Assembly (NCBI GenBank): GCA_035084275.1
Contig: CM068742.1
Location: 86,180,001 to 86,244,000, forward strand
Source of the DNA: Hydrolagus colliei
Lineage: Eukaryota
DNA length: 64,000 nucleotides
Direction of reading: 5' to 3'
Both the position numbers and the translations under genes were made by a program. The notes below the pieces were generated by a model that was given only the letters and a program-made list of their open reading frames with translations, did not search any database and was not told the origin of the DNA. Below, piece by piece: positions 24,186-37,790 of the stretch (position 1 is the first letter of the stretch; each line of letters begins with the position of its first letter).

Positions 24186-25324
24186 CGAGCAGAGCTGACA
24201 CAGTAAAGTAGCAGCATAGTTGCTTAGTGACAGTAGAACGCTCACGGACACTGAACGCCAGGGTGAAGATGCTCGATCTTTGCACAGTGCCACTCTGTGG
24301 TATGAGTTGTCATGGTTACATGCGGCATTGCCTGCTGTCAACTGAGTTCTTTCTCGCCAACTGACTTTAGCCTACAGAAAAGTAATTCCAGTTATGGATG
24401 TAAACTCTGAATCAGAGAATAAACCCACATGTTACATGTGTGAAACAATAGGTTATATACAGAATATATGGTCACATTTTCCTGTACAAAGGCAGAGGAC
24501 AAGTGAGATGCTATTTTTTATATAAAAAAAGTTTTGAACTATCAAATGAACACTTCTGTAGTCTCAACTACTCAAAAAGATAGGGTTTGCTTTAAGTTAA
24601 ACATCAAAGAAACAGATTTTTTTTACTGAGATCTGCAACATGGCAGAATATGCCTTCAGCAAAATGGGGATTTCTTTTTGACTAGAGGTTGGCTTATGGA
24701 TCTACACTGATACAGTATACAGTAATGTATCCTTATCTGATATTCTGTAGATCAATTGGAACTCAAGAGAATTGAGGGTTTGTTCTCATTTGACAAATAC
24801 ATCTCCATATCTGCTCCTCCTTGGGATGTCCTCCTGAGTGAAAGGCGCTATGCAAAATGTAATTTTGTTGTTGTTGTTGTTCTGCCAACCATTAGGATCA
24901 GAAAGAGAAGTGGATAAATAACGCCATTCAGCCTGTCTGATCTCCCCCTTCCAACAATACCGAACCTACTGAATTCCAAACATTGCATCAAGCTTTTTTA
25001 AAAAATGAGTCCAATGTCCAGCCATTCTACCTGAACCCATCAATGTATTAACCATCTGGGAAAATAAAAGCTTCCCGGTGTCTGATATGATCCTTTAGAA
25101 CCCTAAACCTGTTTCTTCTTGTCCTGCTGTCTTGTTGCATCCAAAATATTGGTCTGGGTTTATTTTTTTGAATCCCATTCAAAAACCTTGTCTACCTCTT
25201 TAAAGATCCTTTGAGATGAGACATCTCCATTCAAGACCGAGAACCCTAGCTTTCTAATCGGATTGGGTACTAGGTTATGTGATCTTGACTACTTTCTCTC
25301 CATCTCCTTAAGGACGTCCGTCTA

Positions 25325-25880
25325 CAACAACAACAACAACAACTTTGATTTATATAGCACCCTCCATGCTGGACGGTGTCTCAGAGCACTTCACAATGGC
25401 GGATCCCGGGACCGAGCCAAGGGCAGGGGTAGAAAGATGACCAAAGGCGCAGTCAAAGAGAAAGGTCTTCAGCTGGGACCTGAAGCTGAGAAAAGAGGGG
25501 GCGAGGCGAAGGAAGTGAGGAAGGGAGTTCCAGAGCCTTGGGGCATAGTGGCTGAAGATACGGCCGCCGAGGGTGGAGGGGAGGATTCGGGGGACATGGA
25601 GGAGGCCAGACCACGTGGAGCAAAGGCAATGGTTGCTTGTTTGAGGAGATAGGAGGTCAGAGAGGTAGAGGGTTGCAGAGGAGTGGAGGGATTTGAAGAC
25701 AGGGGTGAGGATCTTGAAGTTCATCCTCTCTGGGATAGGGAGCCAGTGAAGTCTATCAAGGACTGGGTTAATGTGGGAGCGAAGTTTGGTGTGGGTGAGT
25801 ATGCGGGCGGCAGAGTTTTGAATGAGTTGGATTTTATGGATTGTGGTGGAGGGGAGGGCATTGGAATAGTCTATTGCCAA
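25325..25880 (-). mobile_element. L2 LINE 3' fragment (second subfamily)
   Basis: ORF 25350-25913 contains KIQLIQNSAARILT...LHWLPI...RLWNSLP; (GTT)n tail. Confidence 0.9.
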
Positions 25881-26223
25881 GCACCTGCCATAAGTCAATG
25901 CAGAACTAGTCAATTACATTCCAATAGGGTATAAGCCTGGGCTGTAGGGTCATTGGGCATGTCTTACTAGTTCAATGGAGATACTCTTTGAGAATGGTGT
26001 TTTAGCACAATGGTGACATTTTTCGCTCTATCACTGGTTAAAAGCTGACAATGTTGGCAAGACTTGTGCTACTGCTGAATTTCCAGTCTTCAATTACATC
26101 TCAAAGCCAATTAAGTGGAGCTAAATTCTGTCTACATTGCATCAAAGTACAAATAGCAGTTGTTGCATGTTTTGTTATACATGTGTTCTATACACATTTT
26201 AGGTAATATTGTATGCTTTATCA

Positions 26224-26457
26224 AAAACAGAAATCACTGGCAACACTCAGCAGGTCAGGCAGCATCTATGGAGAAAGGAAAAGTGAGTCAACGTTTCGGC
26301 TCCACAACCCTTTGTCCAAACAAAGGTGGACAAAGGGTCATGGACCCGAAACGTTGACTCATTTTCCTTTCTCCATGGATGCTGCCTGACCTGTTGAGTG
26401 TTCCCAGCGACTTCTGTTTTTGTTTCAGATTTCCAGCTTCAGCAGTATTTTGCGTGT
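26224..26457. mobile_element. Penelope-like element terminal fold-back (palindrome)
   Basis: Inverted arms of about 95 bp homologous to 47870-48456. Flanking 15-bp direct repeat TTGTATGC[T/A]TTATCA at 26209-26223 and 26458-26472. Confidence 0.85.
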
Positions 26458-28589
26458 TTGTATGCATTATCATTACATGACATATTTAACTTGTGGTAAA
26501 TGTATACGGCAGGTATTACCAATGGCATCTGAGTGTATGACGAGAAACAGTCTTAAGGTTTCAAATCTCCAGCCAATTAAACATTGGGTTGTGAAAGTAC
26601 TCAAAATTGTCTAGTTTTATGATACACAATACAATTAACACTTATATAACATATTGCAGGACATCTCATACACTTAACACAGGTGGCTAACACGCAAAAC
26701 TAGGATGGAGTGTGGGGGGGTAGGGCGGCGGGGAGTGAAAGATTTAAGCCATTTAATGTGCTTGCATCTACATTATCTTTTACTACTTTAAGTGCATGGA
26801 TCATATTCACTTCAGTGTTCTTTATCACTGGAAAGCAAGTCAATTCTCGGAGCCTGCTTGTCCTAATAGTTTGAATGTTTGCAGAATCATCTTTGTTGCT
26901 CTTCGCTAAATAACCTCCAAATGTCTCATTTGAAACTGGGGTTCCAAAATGGTGCAAGCTATTGCAAAATGAGTGTCTGATAGGTAGAAACTTCTAACAG
27001 GATTCATCAATAGATTGACACAATTCCAGTTTTTGTATTAAATAATAATTTGGATATTGAGCTATCCAAATAGCTATGGATCACACCCCAAGGACGTACA
27101 AAATATTTATAGTTGGAAGTAATCTGTTTCAATGCATAAGTGAAGACTTTTGAGGTATATTCCAATACTTGACTAACCTTGTTGATACATGCCTAACATT
27201 GATTGGATAATGTTGACAAAAACATATTTTATCCCGTCATCCACTAAACCCACGGAGACTCATTCTCTGGAGGACTATTTTATCACTACAATAGGAGTGG
27301 ATTTGCTATGACTTCACAACGCTATTTAATTGATTAATTGGCGAGCAAATTTATTGCTACTATTTAGCAAATTTATTACTACTATTTAGCAAATAAAATA
27401 GACTTTGCTGCATTCCATAAAATGGCAGTTCGGTTTCAATCACGTTAAATATGTGTTGGTATCAATCTGCAATAAGAGCATCAGAATTCACCTGCATTGA
27501 TTTGTTGTAAAGGTTGAACATATATTGGATTAAGAATTGGAAACAACAATCGGGGGCTTATCTAGCTGGCCCTAAAATACAAATTAAACACTACTCTGAT
27601 CCGCTCTTGTAAGTCTCAATCCATGTCTTCACAATACTTATAGCATTCATTCCCTGTAATTTGTTGTCCCCAATTTACCTCCACCATCTCCCTAGGTAAC
27701 CCATCCCATTTATTCACCAATGTCAGTGTAATACGTTTAATCTAACCTGTCTATTCACTTTCCCTCTTCACAACTGGAGGACATACTCTGTTGCTGTGAC
27801 ATTTCTGTTGAAGGTACTTTGAGGGTTTTCTTTATTGATATCTCTAGGCCATAGATTGTGATATAGCAGTGTGGTACCAGCTCTATCCAGCATTGACACA
27901 GTGGTTGGGCGCAAATCTAACCACCCTGCAGATCACAGATCAATTTTGATGTGGCTAAAATAAGGATACTGTCTTAACTCATCTAGTATGCTGTGAAGCA
28001 GCACTCTAAATGCTGAAGGGAGAGAGGGAGGGCATTAATACATTGGTCAATAATTATTAACTGAAATCCGACGCTTTTATAAACAAATTTTACGTGGTTA
28101 ATATGAACGCCGCCTGAAATCTGTAAGAAGCATCATATTTGTATCACCCCATTGTTTTTCTTCAAACCCTCAGCCAATTCCCTTGTCTAAAATGTTAACA
28201 GCCTCAGGGACCACATGTGGCAAAACATTCCTCACCCTGACAGCTCTCCTGTTCAACCCTCAACTCTCCCCCTGTGGTAGATCCTCCCCTTTTAACTCTC
28301 CCGGTAAAGATCATGAGCACACGCCTCCTTTGTTGTCATTTTTTTTTCGTTCTCAACCAGCGGAAGTAATCTTTCATCACTTGGTCCTCTAAAGTTAGAG
28401 TTTTGAATCTTTCAATCGTTTCCCACCCAGGCAATGTCCCCCCCGTTCCTCCCTGCCACCCCACCTCCCCACCCACTCCACCCCTTTCCCCCCTATTAAC
28501 CTTAACCTTCTCTCTTCTATCGAAAACAGACTAGCATCAGATACGTCCAACACTTATTCGTGAGGCAAGACCCGGGTGAAGAGTGTTAC

Positions 28590-28830
28590 CTCTTTGGAAG
28601 GGACCCGGGACCCTTTCCGTCTATTCCACCAGTTTTCCACGATGGCGATGACGCAGGCCAGGACGATACCAGCGGCCAGGATGCAGAAGACTCCAGCGAA
28701 ACTGGCCAAATTGAGTGCGCTGCTCTTCTGTTGTGCTTTGTAGGAGGAGTAGATGTCACACTGCGCGGTCCTCGGCCACCACTTGTGCTTGAGAAGGTCG
28801 ATTTCCCCACTTTGCAGGAGTTCCAGAATC
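28590..28830 (-). CDS. GRID2: Glutamate receptor ionotropic delta-2, penultimate coding exon (end of S2 lobe, M4 helix)
   Basis: Boundaries cccag|G ... GAG|gtaac; 241 nt. Translates [80 protein letters not shown] and splices in frame to the 19778 exon. This frame is not in the ORF track. Confidence 0.97.
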
Positions 28831-28854
28831 CTGGGTTAGCAAAAGATTTGGTTC

Positions 28855-28910
28855 GGGTGGTGGGTGGGTGGGTGGGTGGGTGGGTGGGTGGGTGGGTGGG
28901 TGGGTGGGGG
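28855..28910 (+). repeat. (GGGT)n microsatellite, G-quadruplex-forming, 25 bp from the exon acceptor
   Basis: More than 10 GGGT units. Confidence 0.95.
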
Positions 28911-29505
28911 AAGGAAAGGAACGGAAAAAAAGAGGGGAAAATGTGCAAACATTCTGATCAATGTATAAACTCGTGAAAAACATATGGGAATTAATCCTAC
29001 ATTTGCCACTGCATGTCTAGTTGATCCACCAACATATTTTACCAGCACCTTCCAAATGCTGTCTAATATCTAACACATTTTCAGATTGCTAAGTACAGTA
29101 CATGGTGAGTAACACTTCGCTCAATGTGTCAAAAAGCCCACCACCATCCACTTAAAGCCGCACATGTTGTTGATTGCATTGATAACCACACGAGGGCAGC
29201 CTTTGCCTGGAGTGCAAAGCCTGATGGCTTCATCAAGGAGTCGTCTGTGTGTCCCATCAACCTTTTTTTCCTTCCGACAAAGAATGCAAAAAAACGACTG
29301 AGAAAACGTTTTGTGGGCATGGATTTCCTGCCACCTCATAGGCAGGAAAGGTACAAACATTGATCAATGGATCAGATTGCGGCTAGAACATATAAAAGAG
29401 AATTTAGGAGGAACTACATCACGCAGATGGTAGTGAGACTGTGGAAACCGTGGCTCAAAGTGAACACCAACCAGAGAGAGAGAGAGAGAGAGAGTAACCC
29501 CACAG

Positions 29506-29835
29506 CGTCTGTAACTCAGTGGTTAGAGCACTTGCCCTACAAGCTTGTGAGACCTGTGTTCGAATCCAGGCAGGTCAGGGCGAAACCTTGGCCAAGTTTC
29601 CTTACTCCACACGCCTAATAATAATCCCTCAAAAAAAACAGCAATGAAATTGGTCATTTCAATCCACGACTGTTTGTAGGACACTGCTGTGCGCAATTGG
29701 CTGCCGCATTTCACCCACAAATATACAGTCAATTCACCTTACAGTATATTCTGTGAAGCGCTTTTCATGTCTAGAAGATGTGAAAAGCGCTATATCAAAT
29801 GCAAGGATTATTATTATTATTATTAATATTATTAT
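29506..29835 (+). mobile_element. SINE, short form, young
   Basis: Near-consensus full-length copy. Confidence 0.92.
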
Positions 29836-30259
29836 TAAAGTGCTGTTTGAAACAGATTGTGTAGATACATTTCAGAAGAAGCTGCATATGCGAATTGAGG
29901 AAGAGCGGAATAGAAGGGTATGGGATGCAGAAAGGAGTAGGGTTTAGACTTGTGGAGTATAAACATTGGCATAGACCAAGTGGTTTGATCTGGGGTTTTG
30001 GAGTTTGGGTAAATCTATGCAAACGTTTATCTGAGGAGCGAAATACAAGCCTGTCTTGCGCTTCATACCCTTTCATAACCGTGCATCAGACAGCCTGAAG
30101 ATAGCAACTAGGAGGAGCACAAATTAATCAAGACAGAGTGCTGTGTTTTCAGACAGGTGCATGATGCACATTTCTAGTTTCATGCAGTGTTCAACAGGCT
30201 CAATCCCTTTTTCTTCAACCTCTACATGCTCCCTCCTTGGTAGTAACATAATTCACAGA

Positions 30260-30605
30260 TGTGGGGTTAACTTTCACATGTAAGCAGATGACACCCTACT
30301 CTATCCCTCTGCCTCCACCCTTGATTCTAGGACAACTGACATCCTGAGAGACTGCCTGTCAGATACCAAGTCCTGGATGAGAGGCAACTTTCTACAGCTG
30401 AATATCAGAAAGACTGAGGCCCTTCTGATTGTCTCACACCAGCGCCTCAGCACATCAGGCATTGGCAGCATCAGCATCCACGGATGCACACTCCAGCTCA
30501 CCAAGCTAGCCAGGAACCTGGACGTTTTGTTTGACCTTCAACTTCCTTTCTCTCCCATATCCAAGCAATGACCAGCACTGCCTTTTATCACCTCCACAGC
30601 ATTGG
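30260..30605 (+). mobile_element. L2 LINE RT fragment
   Basis: WMRGNFLQLNIRKTEALLI with a decayed YADD; homologous to 42700-43050. Confidence 0.85.
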
Positions 30606-30886
30606 CCGACATGGTTTGAGCCATCTCCTACCTCTCTGCCTTCCTTCATCCTAACCCTTCCCCCCACGCTGAGGTCCTCTTGAAAAGAGCTTTACAAATG
30701 TAATTTTGCTGTTATTGTTGCTGTCCAACTGAAGCTACTGTAGAAAAACATGTTTCAATTTGCTTCAACTGTCATAAAAAGCTACGGTGACAAATTATTT
30801 GCTTCTGTTCACATGTTTCACATGAATATCTGTGTAAAATTAAGCAGGACCGAAGTGATGTAGGGCCCTTCTCTGTTAGATAATAT

Positions 30887-31227
30887 TCAGTCGTGGTTAG
30901 AGCACTCGCCTAGCAAGTGAGATGACCTGGGTTCGATCCCCGGCAGCAAAACATTGCCTTACTCCACATGCTTCTGTTTACCCAGGAATACGTAGGATCC
31001 CGGTTTGCAGTCGATTGGTGGATCACTTTTCCAGGGGTAATAATCTTTTCCAAAAAATAAATACTAAATTAGTCTCTCATCCACTGTTTGTGGGACACTG
31101 CTGTGCGCAATTGGCTGCTACGTTTCGCCCATAAAGTATAGTCAATCCACTTTACAGTAAATTCCGTCAAGTGCTTTGAGACGTCTCGAAGACATGATAA
31201 GGCCCTATATCAAATACAAGGATTATT
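30887..31227 (+). mobile_element. SINE, long form
   Basis: Contains the long-form segment, Deu motif and tail. Confidence 0.88.
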
Positions 31228-31458
31228 GTCACAGTTACATTGCTCCATGCTCGGGTCCCAACCCTTGACTGTTCAGCAATTTTTTGTTATTGTTGTACGT
31301 AAAAAAAACCTCTTATTTCAGTCAAAGGGGAGCAAAAGAGAAATCCAGCCTACAACTGAGTATATTATATTTTTGGTCAGCCGGATGTATGAAACATGTG
31401 GAATGACATCCATTCACCATGCTAAGAGTATTCAAATCAAACATGATTCCACATACCC

Positions 31459-31518
31459 TATCTATATCTATATCTATATATATATATATATATATATCTA
31501 TATCTATATATATATATA
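31459..31518. repeat. (TA)n/(TATATC)n microsatellite
   Basis: Direct reading. A similar tract lies at 62746-62802. Confidence 0.95.
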
Positions 31519-32715
31519 TGTCTTCTATCTCATTGCATTTTTTTTAACCTAATCCCAGAAAGTATTAGGCACAGGTTGGCAAGAGCTATGGCTTGGGGGA
31601 CTCGAGTGCGTGTGTTAGGATACTGCTAGAGATTAATCAACTAAAACAGCATAAATTGTGATTGAAAGCACTGTCTGCCAAGATTCCCCACTGCTTATCT
31701 AGCTAGGATCCTCAAACGTGTTAGGGCTTTGGCCTCAGGTTTAAAAGGTGCTAATGAAAACAATTCATGCATCCAGTACCTGTGTATATGGATGTGTTGG
31801 GAGGAAAGTAGATATACATTTTATCGTGGTAAGTAAACAAATTAACCTCCTAACCCCCAACAGAAAAACGGCTCTCATTCAAATGACATTCAAGTCTTCA
31901 AGACAACTGAAACTTGTACAGTGTAAACAATATTCTCAAGAGGGAAAAAACTCCAGCATTGTTTGACTGAATTGCAGAATTTATTCGGCTTTTGGCTTCT
32001 CATTATACTGCATCATCGAAACAGAAAGAGTGATTGGTTGGCTGGACAGCAGTTGTCACTTAATTCCTTTGCAGAAGAAGCTTGAAACAAAACATCTAAT
32101 TTCCCCAAATGGATAACAGAAGTTTAAATAGTTTTTTTTAATTGTCTCCTATTTATCAGGGATGCCTTATCAGTCCTGTGATTCTCATCAAAGGACCTCA
32201 GCTGCTGTCAGTTTTTATGATGGTGTAAAGCTTCAGTGATTAATGTGTATGATTAAACAATATGCATGATACATCAATTTCAAAACAGCACAAATCCTGC
32301 AAATATTTATATATTAATATTTAATGGAGTCAAAGCTAACTCTAGCTTCAAGTGCTCTGAGATGCTATTCTGTGTGATGGAGTGTTATATAAATGCAAGT
32401 TGTTGTTACTAATTGGACAAGATAACTATACTAGTCTTACCTAACCAAATGGTTTGAACCAATGTGCAATGAGTAGGGATTTATATCTGAACTGTGAGCA
32501 AGACAATAGTGGCCCGATGGTCTCACAGATTTCTTGCTGAGCTGTGCTGCTCATCAGGAAGCTTGCAAGGAGTTCCTGCCATCCACATAGTGTGTAATGA
32601 AATCCTCACTTTTACAATGTTAAATGACCAGTTAGCGACTGTCCTCATGGAACAACAACAAGAGAGGGTGGTTGTGCTTCACTGGCACTAAGCTGGCTCC
32701 AAGGATGTAGAGTGC

Positions 32716-32920
32716 TTAGAGCATTCACCTTGCAAGCGAGATACCTAAGTTTGATTCCAGGCAAAACCTTGCGCAAGTTTCCTGACTCCAGACATCTGAT
32801 AATAATCCCTCGAAAAAAAACTAATAAATTGGTTATTTCAAACCACTAACGTGTGTGGGACACTGCTGTGCACAATTGGCTGCTGTGTTTTGCCCTCAAT
32901 TCACTTTGCAGTATATTCCG
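32716..32920 (+). mobile_element. SINE, truncated short form
   Basis: Head remnant plus Deu motif; tail missing. Confidence 0.8.
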
Positions 32921-35900
32921 TTAATAATATACTGCATGGCTAATTGCTAGGATTTGGAGGGGCAAACTGATCCATGGGGATATTTTTTCCACTCAACTCC
33001 TGTTAACTCTGCAACAGTTAGTGTGATCCTAGCTAGACAAACAGTCCGAAGCCTAAATAAATAATAATAATCCTTGCATTTGGTTTAATGCTTTTCATGT
33101 CAGTAGAACAAGTGGAAACGCTGCTCAAGATACACTTTAATGTGTAGGTAACAATGTACGTTACCTGACCCCCTGACTGATCAGTGCCTTGGGATGTCCT
33201 CCCAACCTAAAAGGTACTCTATAAATGCAATTTTGTTGTTGTATGTTTGTGGATGAATGCAGCACCTTGAAGAGTACCATAGGTTCTATAACATCCACTG
33301 GGATAGGGAGACGGGACTTTGGTTTAACATCTCACCCAAAATACATGGTCGTCAAGAGTGTTATTGACTGAACCATGCTGACACAAAGCTTGCCAGACAG
33401 AACCATACTCTAAGGTCCCCAAGCATTGGCTGTCATCAACCTTAGCTTCCTTCCAGGTCTGTCACAAGACCTTCTTCTTTGTCCTCACATTCAGTTGTCT
33501 CCCCACCCCCATCTAAGGACCCCATCCCACCCAAATCTAACGCCCAATTCTGGTGCAAACCCACAATTGTTCTACGCCTTGGGTGTCCTCCTAATGTGAA
33601 AGGCGCTATATAAATGTAGTTTGTTTGTTATTACTCTTGTTTCAAACTCTGGAAGTCTCTGCCTGAATCGCTCTGCCTCGCCCATCCTCAGATTGTGCCT
33701 GGAAACCTGCCTCTTCGATAGTGCCTGAGGTCACCACCGCCTCCGCTCCCTCGCTCGGCATCAAACTCCACCAGTGCTAAAAATGCTCCGAGGCGCTTCC
33801 TTGCCTAAGAGATGTGGAGGGAGGGGGCGAGATGGAGGGACTCCCAGATCAGAGGCAGAATAGCTGAAAGATCGTCAACATTAGGCAAGCCAGTGTTGAC
33901 CGAGCTGGGGCAGTGGTATGAGTGTAGAAGAGTGGAGTGGCAAGGCTATGGAAGGATTTGAAGATGAGGACAAGGATCTTGAATTCAAACCACTGGTGAA
34001 AAGGGAACAGGACCTGGAGTAGAGCCCTGGTTATCCACAGGATTATTAATCCACATGTCCTTATACAGTATATGCATCGAATGTGGAAGTGGACACAGGG
34101 CTATAAAAAAGGCCCCCCCAACAAAATCCAGCTGAGCTCAACTGTGAACACCACTTCACACATGCACCAAACTGGGATTCATATTGCTGAATGCAGAGAT
34201 AAGTTTTTATACTTATAGTACAGTATATAGTGATAATGTAGTGTAATGTCCATGGAGAGACTCACAGGTAGTGAAAGAGAGAGAGGGAGAGGGAGAGAGA
34301 ATGGCGTAGTGAATGAGGGACAGGCAGAGCGGGAACCAAAGCGCAGCAGAAAGAACTGACATTCTGTGATAATACAGTACACAGAAATACTGATGAAACA
34401 ATTGTGTAAGTCAGCAATGTAATCAATTTGTATTTCTTGTGTTGTACAATTATCCGTACTGTTTGCTTTGGCAATGGGCCTGTCCCAATTAGTGCATATA
34501 ATCGAATTTCTACTATACCTTCAAACTGCATTAATCCCATCTACGGAGACTGAACAGAGCATTTATCTCATCAAATTAAACAATTTCACCAAGTAAATGA
34601 AGAGTGTGTTTTTATTCCTGTCTACCTTTGTTCAATCAAATTCACTTGGAAAAGCAATTTGAACCAAACAAAAATGTTACAGTCAAAAATTAACATTTAG
34701 CAGTTTCATGCAATAAACTGGGAAAGGGTTGTTCAATGACTAAAAAAAGCTTTGAATTCAACCACTATAATTGCTCACAGTTCTAGTGCTTGTAGTAGAG
34801 GGGTCAGGTCATTTTTGAATTGTTTGATCTATTGGCCCTCACACCCCCACACACCCTCCCCCCACCCCCCACCCCCAACAGACACACACACACACATAAC
34901 ACACACACGGTCAAGCATATGGACTCTCTGTATCCGTAAAAGGTCTTCGACAAGTGTGACATCTGAAAAATTGGCTGTCAAATTGACAACGATGATAAGG
35001 GTGCTGTAATGGACGATGCACTCTCCTAAATAGATGGAGCTGTAAAACCACAGCGACATTCAAATCTCTGCAAGACAGTGTGCATGTCTGTGAATAAGCA
35101 GCATTTTACCAGAGAATGCCAAAGTGTCGTGGATTTTCAGATTGTTGCACATGATGCAAGCCCAGAATCGAAATGCAATCTCTGATAATCTTCCATATTA
35201 ACTAACCATTTCAACCCAAACAAGGTGTCTTGCTTTTCTCAATTAATCTGTGTGGCATCAAAATGCTTTGCAATTATCTGCCTTATTAGCCACTCTACAC
35301 TCCTGTGGCTCTAACCCTGTGTGACTTGTAATCACTATTTTTTCCCACATGTTGTGCACAACTTTGAAGGGGAAAACAAAATTCTGTTTCAGATGGCTTA
35401 CAAAAGGGGTTCATTGAGCTAGTTGTTGGTATTAACCGTTTTTTTAACTGCAATTGTGGTCACTGTGATCATTATGACAAGCAATAATATCAAATGCCAT
35501 AAAAAATGTAACCCCCTGCACTGCACAAAAATTGTACTGAATTACATTTTTGAGTATTATAAGAATAAGGTTACTCACTTATTTTATTGATTGCCATCCC
35601 ATTTTAGAAAGATATCATCATATTACAGTGGTTTCAAGCATGTTAGTTATTATCAGGTATGAGTCAATCTGAAAATTGACAAGAGAAGGTTGAAGCTTTC
35701 TCTATTTGCTACTTATCCTTGCCCTCAGCAAAGTTTTACAAGATAACCATCATGGCCTCTACGTCTCTTTTGGTATTTTCTGGTTCCAGCTGTTGATTAT
35801 TCTCTCTCTAATATTACTCTCCACAATCCAGAACATTAATACTTCTTGTTCTACTGCCTGGGTATTCAGCAAACCTGCATACCAAGTCCTGTGGCTCCCA

Positions 35901-37339
35901 GGTTAGAGCACACACCTCGCAAGCGAGAAGCCTCGGTTAGATTCCCAGCAGGGCAAAACCCTGAGTAAGTTTTGCCCTGGTCAGTGAGGCTTGTGATGCG
36001 AGTGCTCTAACCACTGAGCTACATTGCAGGTGAATTGCACCCAATTCTCTCACACATGATTCCTCAATTTAAGTAAATCTCTCTAATCTTTGCCGATGCT
36101 TGAAAATGATGGGCAAAGATATCAACTCGGCTAAGTTGAGTCAGGCGGTTATGGATTCAAGCGCCATGTCGGGACTTTAAGGTCACTGTCTAGAATGAGG
36201 GTCCAATACAGTGCGAGTAGTGTGTTGCATTGTTGGAGGTGTCATCTTTTGGATGACATAATAAACTAAGGTCCCATTTGTGTCTGTTCAGGTACACCCA
36301 ATGGCACTATTTGAAAAGAGAAGGGTGTCCTGGCCAACATTTCCCCAGATATAATTTGTGAATCACAATATGGCTACATGTGGGACATTGCTGAGCGTAA
36401 ATTAGCTGCTGTGTTCGCTTCCAAAACATGCAGTCACTACACTTGATAGTAAAGCAATTTGGGATATCTATCTGACCTGAAAGGCACTGCATCAAACGGA
36501 AGGGTTATTTTTATTGATCACAAAGTGGGAATTTAAGAGGTGGATGCCCAAGGCTCTCCACACAGGTTTGAACCATTCAGATGATCGAAAGGGTAATATC
36601 TAACAAAAAAAAGTATGGCTCCTGTTATAATGAGCTTATTTCTAGTACAAAATGAGTTATAACACAAAAGCGTCCCTCAGCAATCTCCCAGGTACAATTA
36701 GTCACTCATAGCTATTTGTGCAACATTGTTGTATACAAATTACTTATCTCATTTGCCTACAGAATACACAGTCACTACATCTTACGATAAATCCTGCAAA
36801 GCTCTTTGAGTTGTTCTCTTGACTTGAAAGAAATATATCAAAGGTAAATATTATGATGATTATATTTAGTGGCTTAATACCCTTCTTTTAATAAGAAACG
36901 TGAATGTGTTTAGGAATGCTGCAAACCTGACCTCTATATTCCAACATTTTCTTATTTTGCACATTGACGGACAAGCGATACTACACATCATTCTCACTCA
37001 TTATAAACCATATGCGCAGCAACATTAATTCGTATGAATATTTTAGCAAAATATACATAATTAATGGCAAATATCAGGCAAGTGCATAAATGTCACAGGA
37101 CTAGGTCATTACCATGAGGTATTGCAAAGGAACTATCATAAAACGTTTTTTAACACCCCCGCACATATGCACAAGCACTAATTGAACACCGAGGAATACG
37201 CAGAAGCATATAATGTAGATCTACTGCAACAGCCTTAGCCTCACAACTCAGGAGCCTCACTCCTCAGTATTGGCACTCACTGATTTCAGTTGTGAGGGAT
37301 GCAGCTCATGTGACAAAGGGAGATGATACAGAGGAGGGT

Positions 37340-37790
37340 AACCAAAATAATTGAGGGTACAGAGGGACTGAACTAGGAGGAGGGATTAGATATATTGGGC
37401 ATGTTCACCCTAGAAATGAAGATTGAAGATTGAGAAGAGGTGACACAATTGCTGCCTTTAATATTCTAAACTGGCAAGATTATATAGATCATGACAGGCT
37501 GCTTTAACTAGCCTAGTACAGTAAAACCAGAGGACACAGCCTGCGATTAATATGGGGTTAAATTCAGTAACAAATCTTCAGAAATACTATTTTAGTGAGC
37601 GAATACTGAACCTGTGGAACAGGCTCCCTAAGGAGACAGTTGAAGCAGGGAGTGTTGATTCCTTCAAATGCAGATTAGATAGTTTTCATATAGGAAGCAA
37701 CATGATGGGGTGTAGTACATAGGTAGTTTGAGACATATGTGCAGGCGACTGCCAAAAAGGTGGAAGGCGAACTAGATGGATCTTGTTTTT
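37340..37790 (+). mobile_element. CR1 LINE ORF2 3' fragment, degenerate
   Basis: Encodes remnants LGMFTLE...RGD...TRGHSL...RKYYFSERILNLWNRLP...FKCRLD, typical of the CR1 C-terminus. Confidence 0.8.

Noticed and set aside
19356-28830. GRID1 as an alternative identity
   Set aside because: GluD1 also ends GTSI, but [20 protein letters not shown] and the rest of the tail match GluD2.
28560-28983. ORF-track proteins over the GRID2 exon, including PTHP repeats
   Set aside because: Wrong frame or strand; the repeats come from the (GGGT)n microsatellite.
29121-29363. Overlapping 79-aa ORFs on both strands near the exon, a possible extra exon
   Set aside because: No recognisable homology to GluD2 or any family, and no convincing splice sites.
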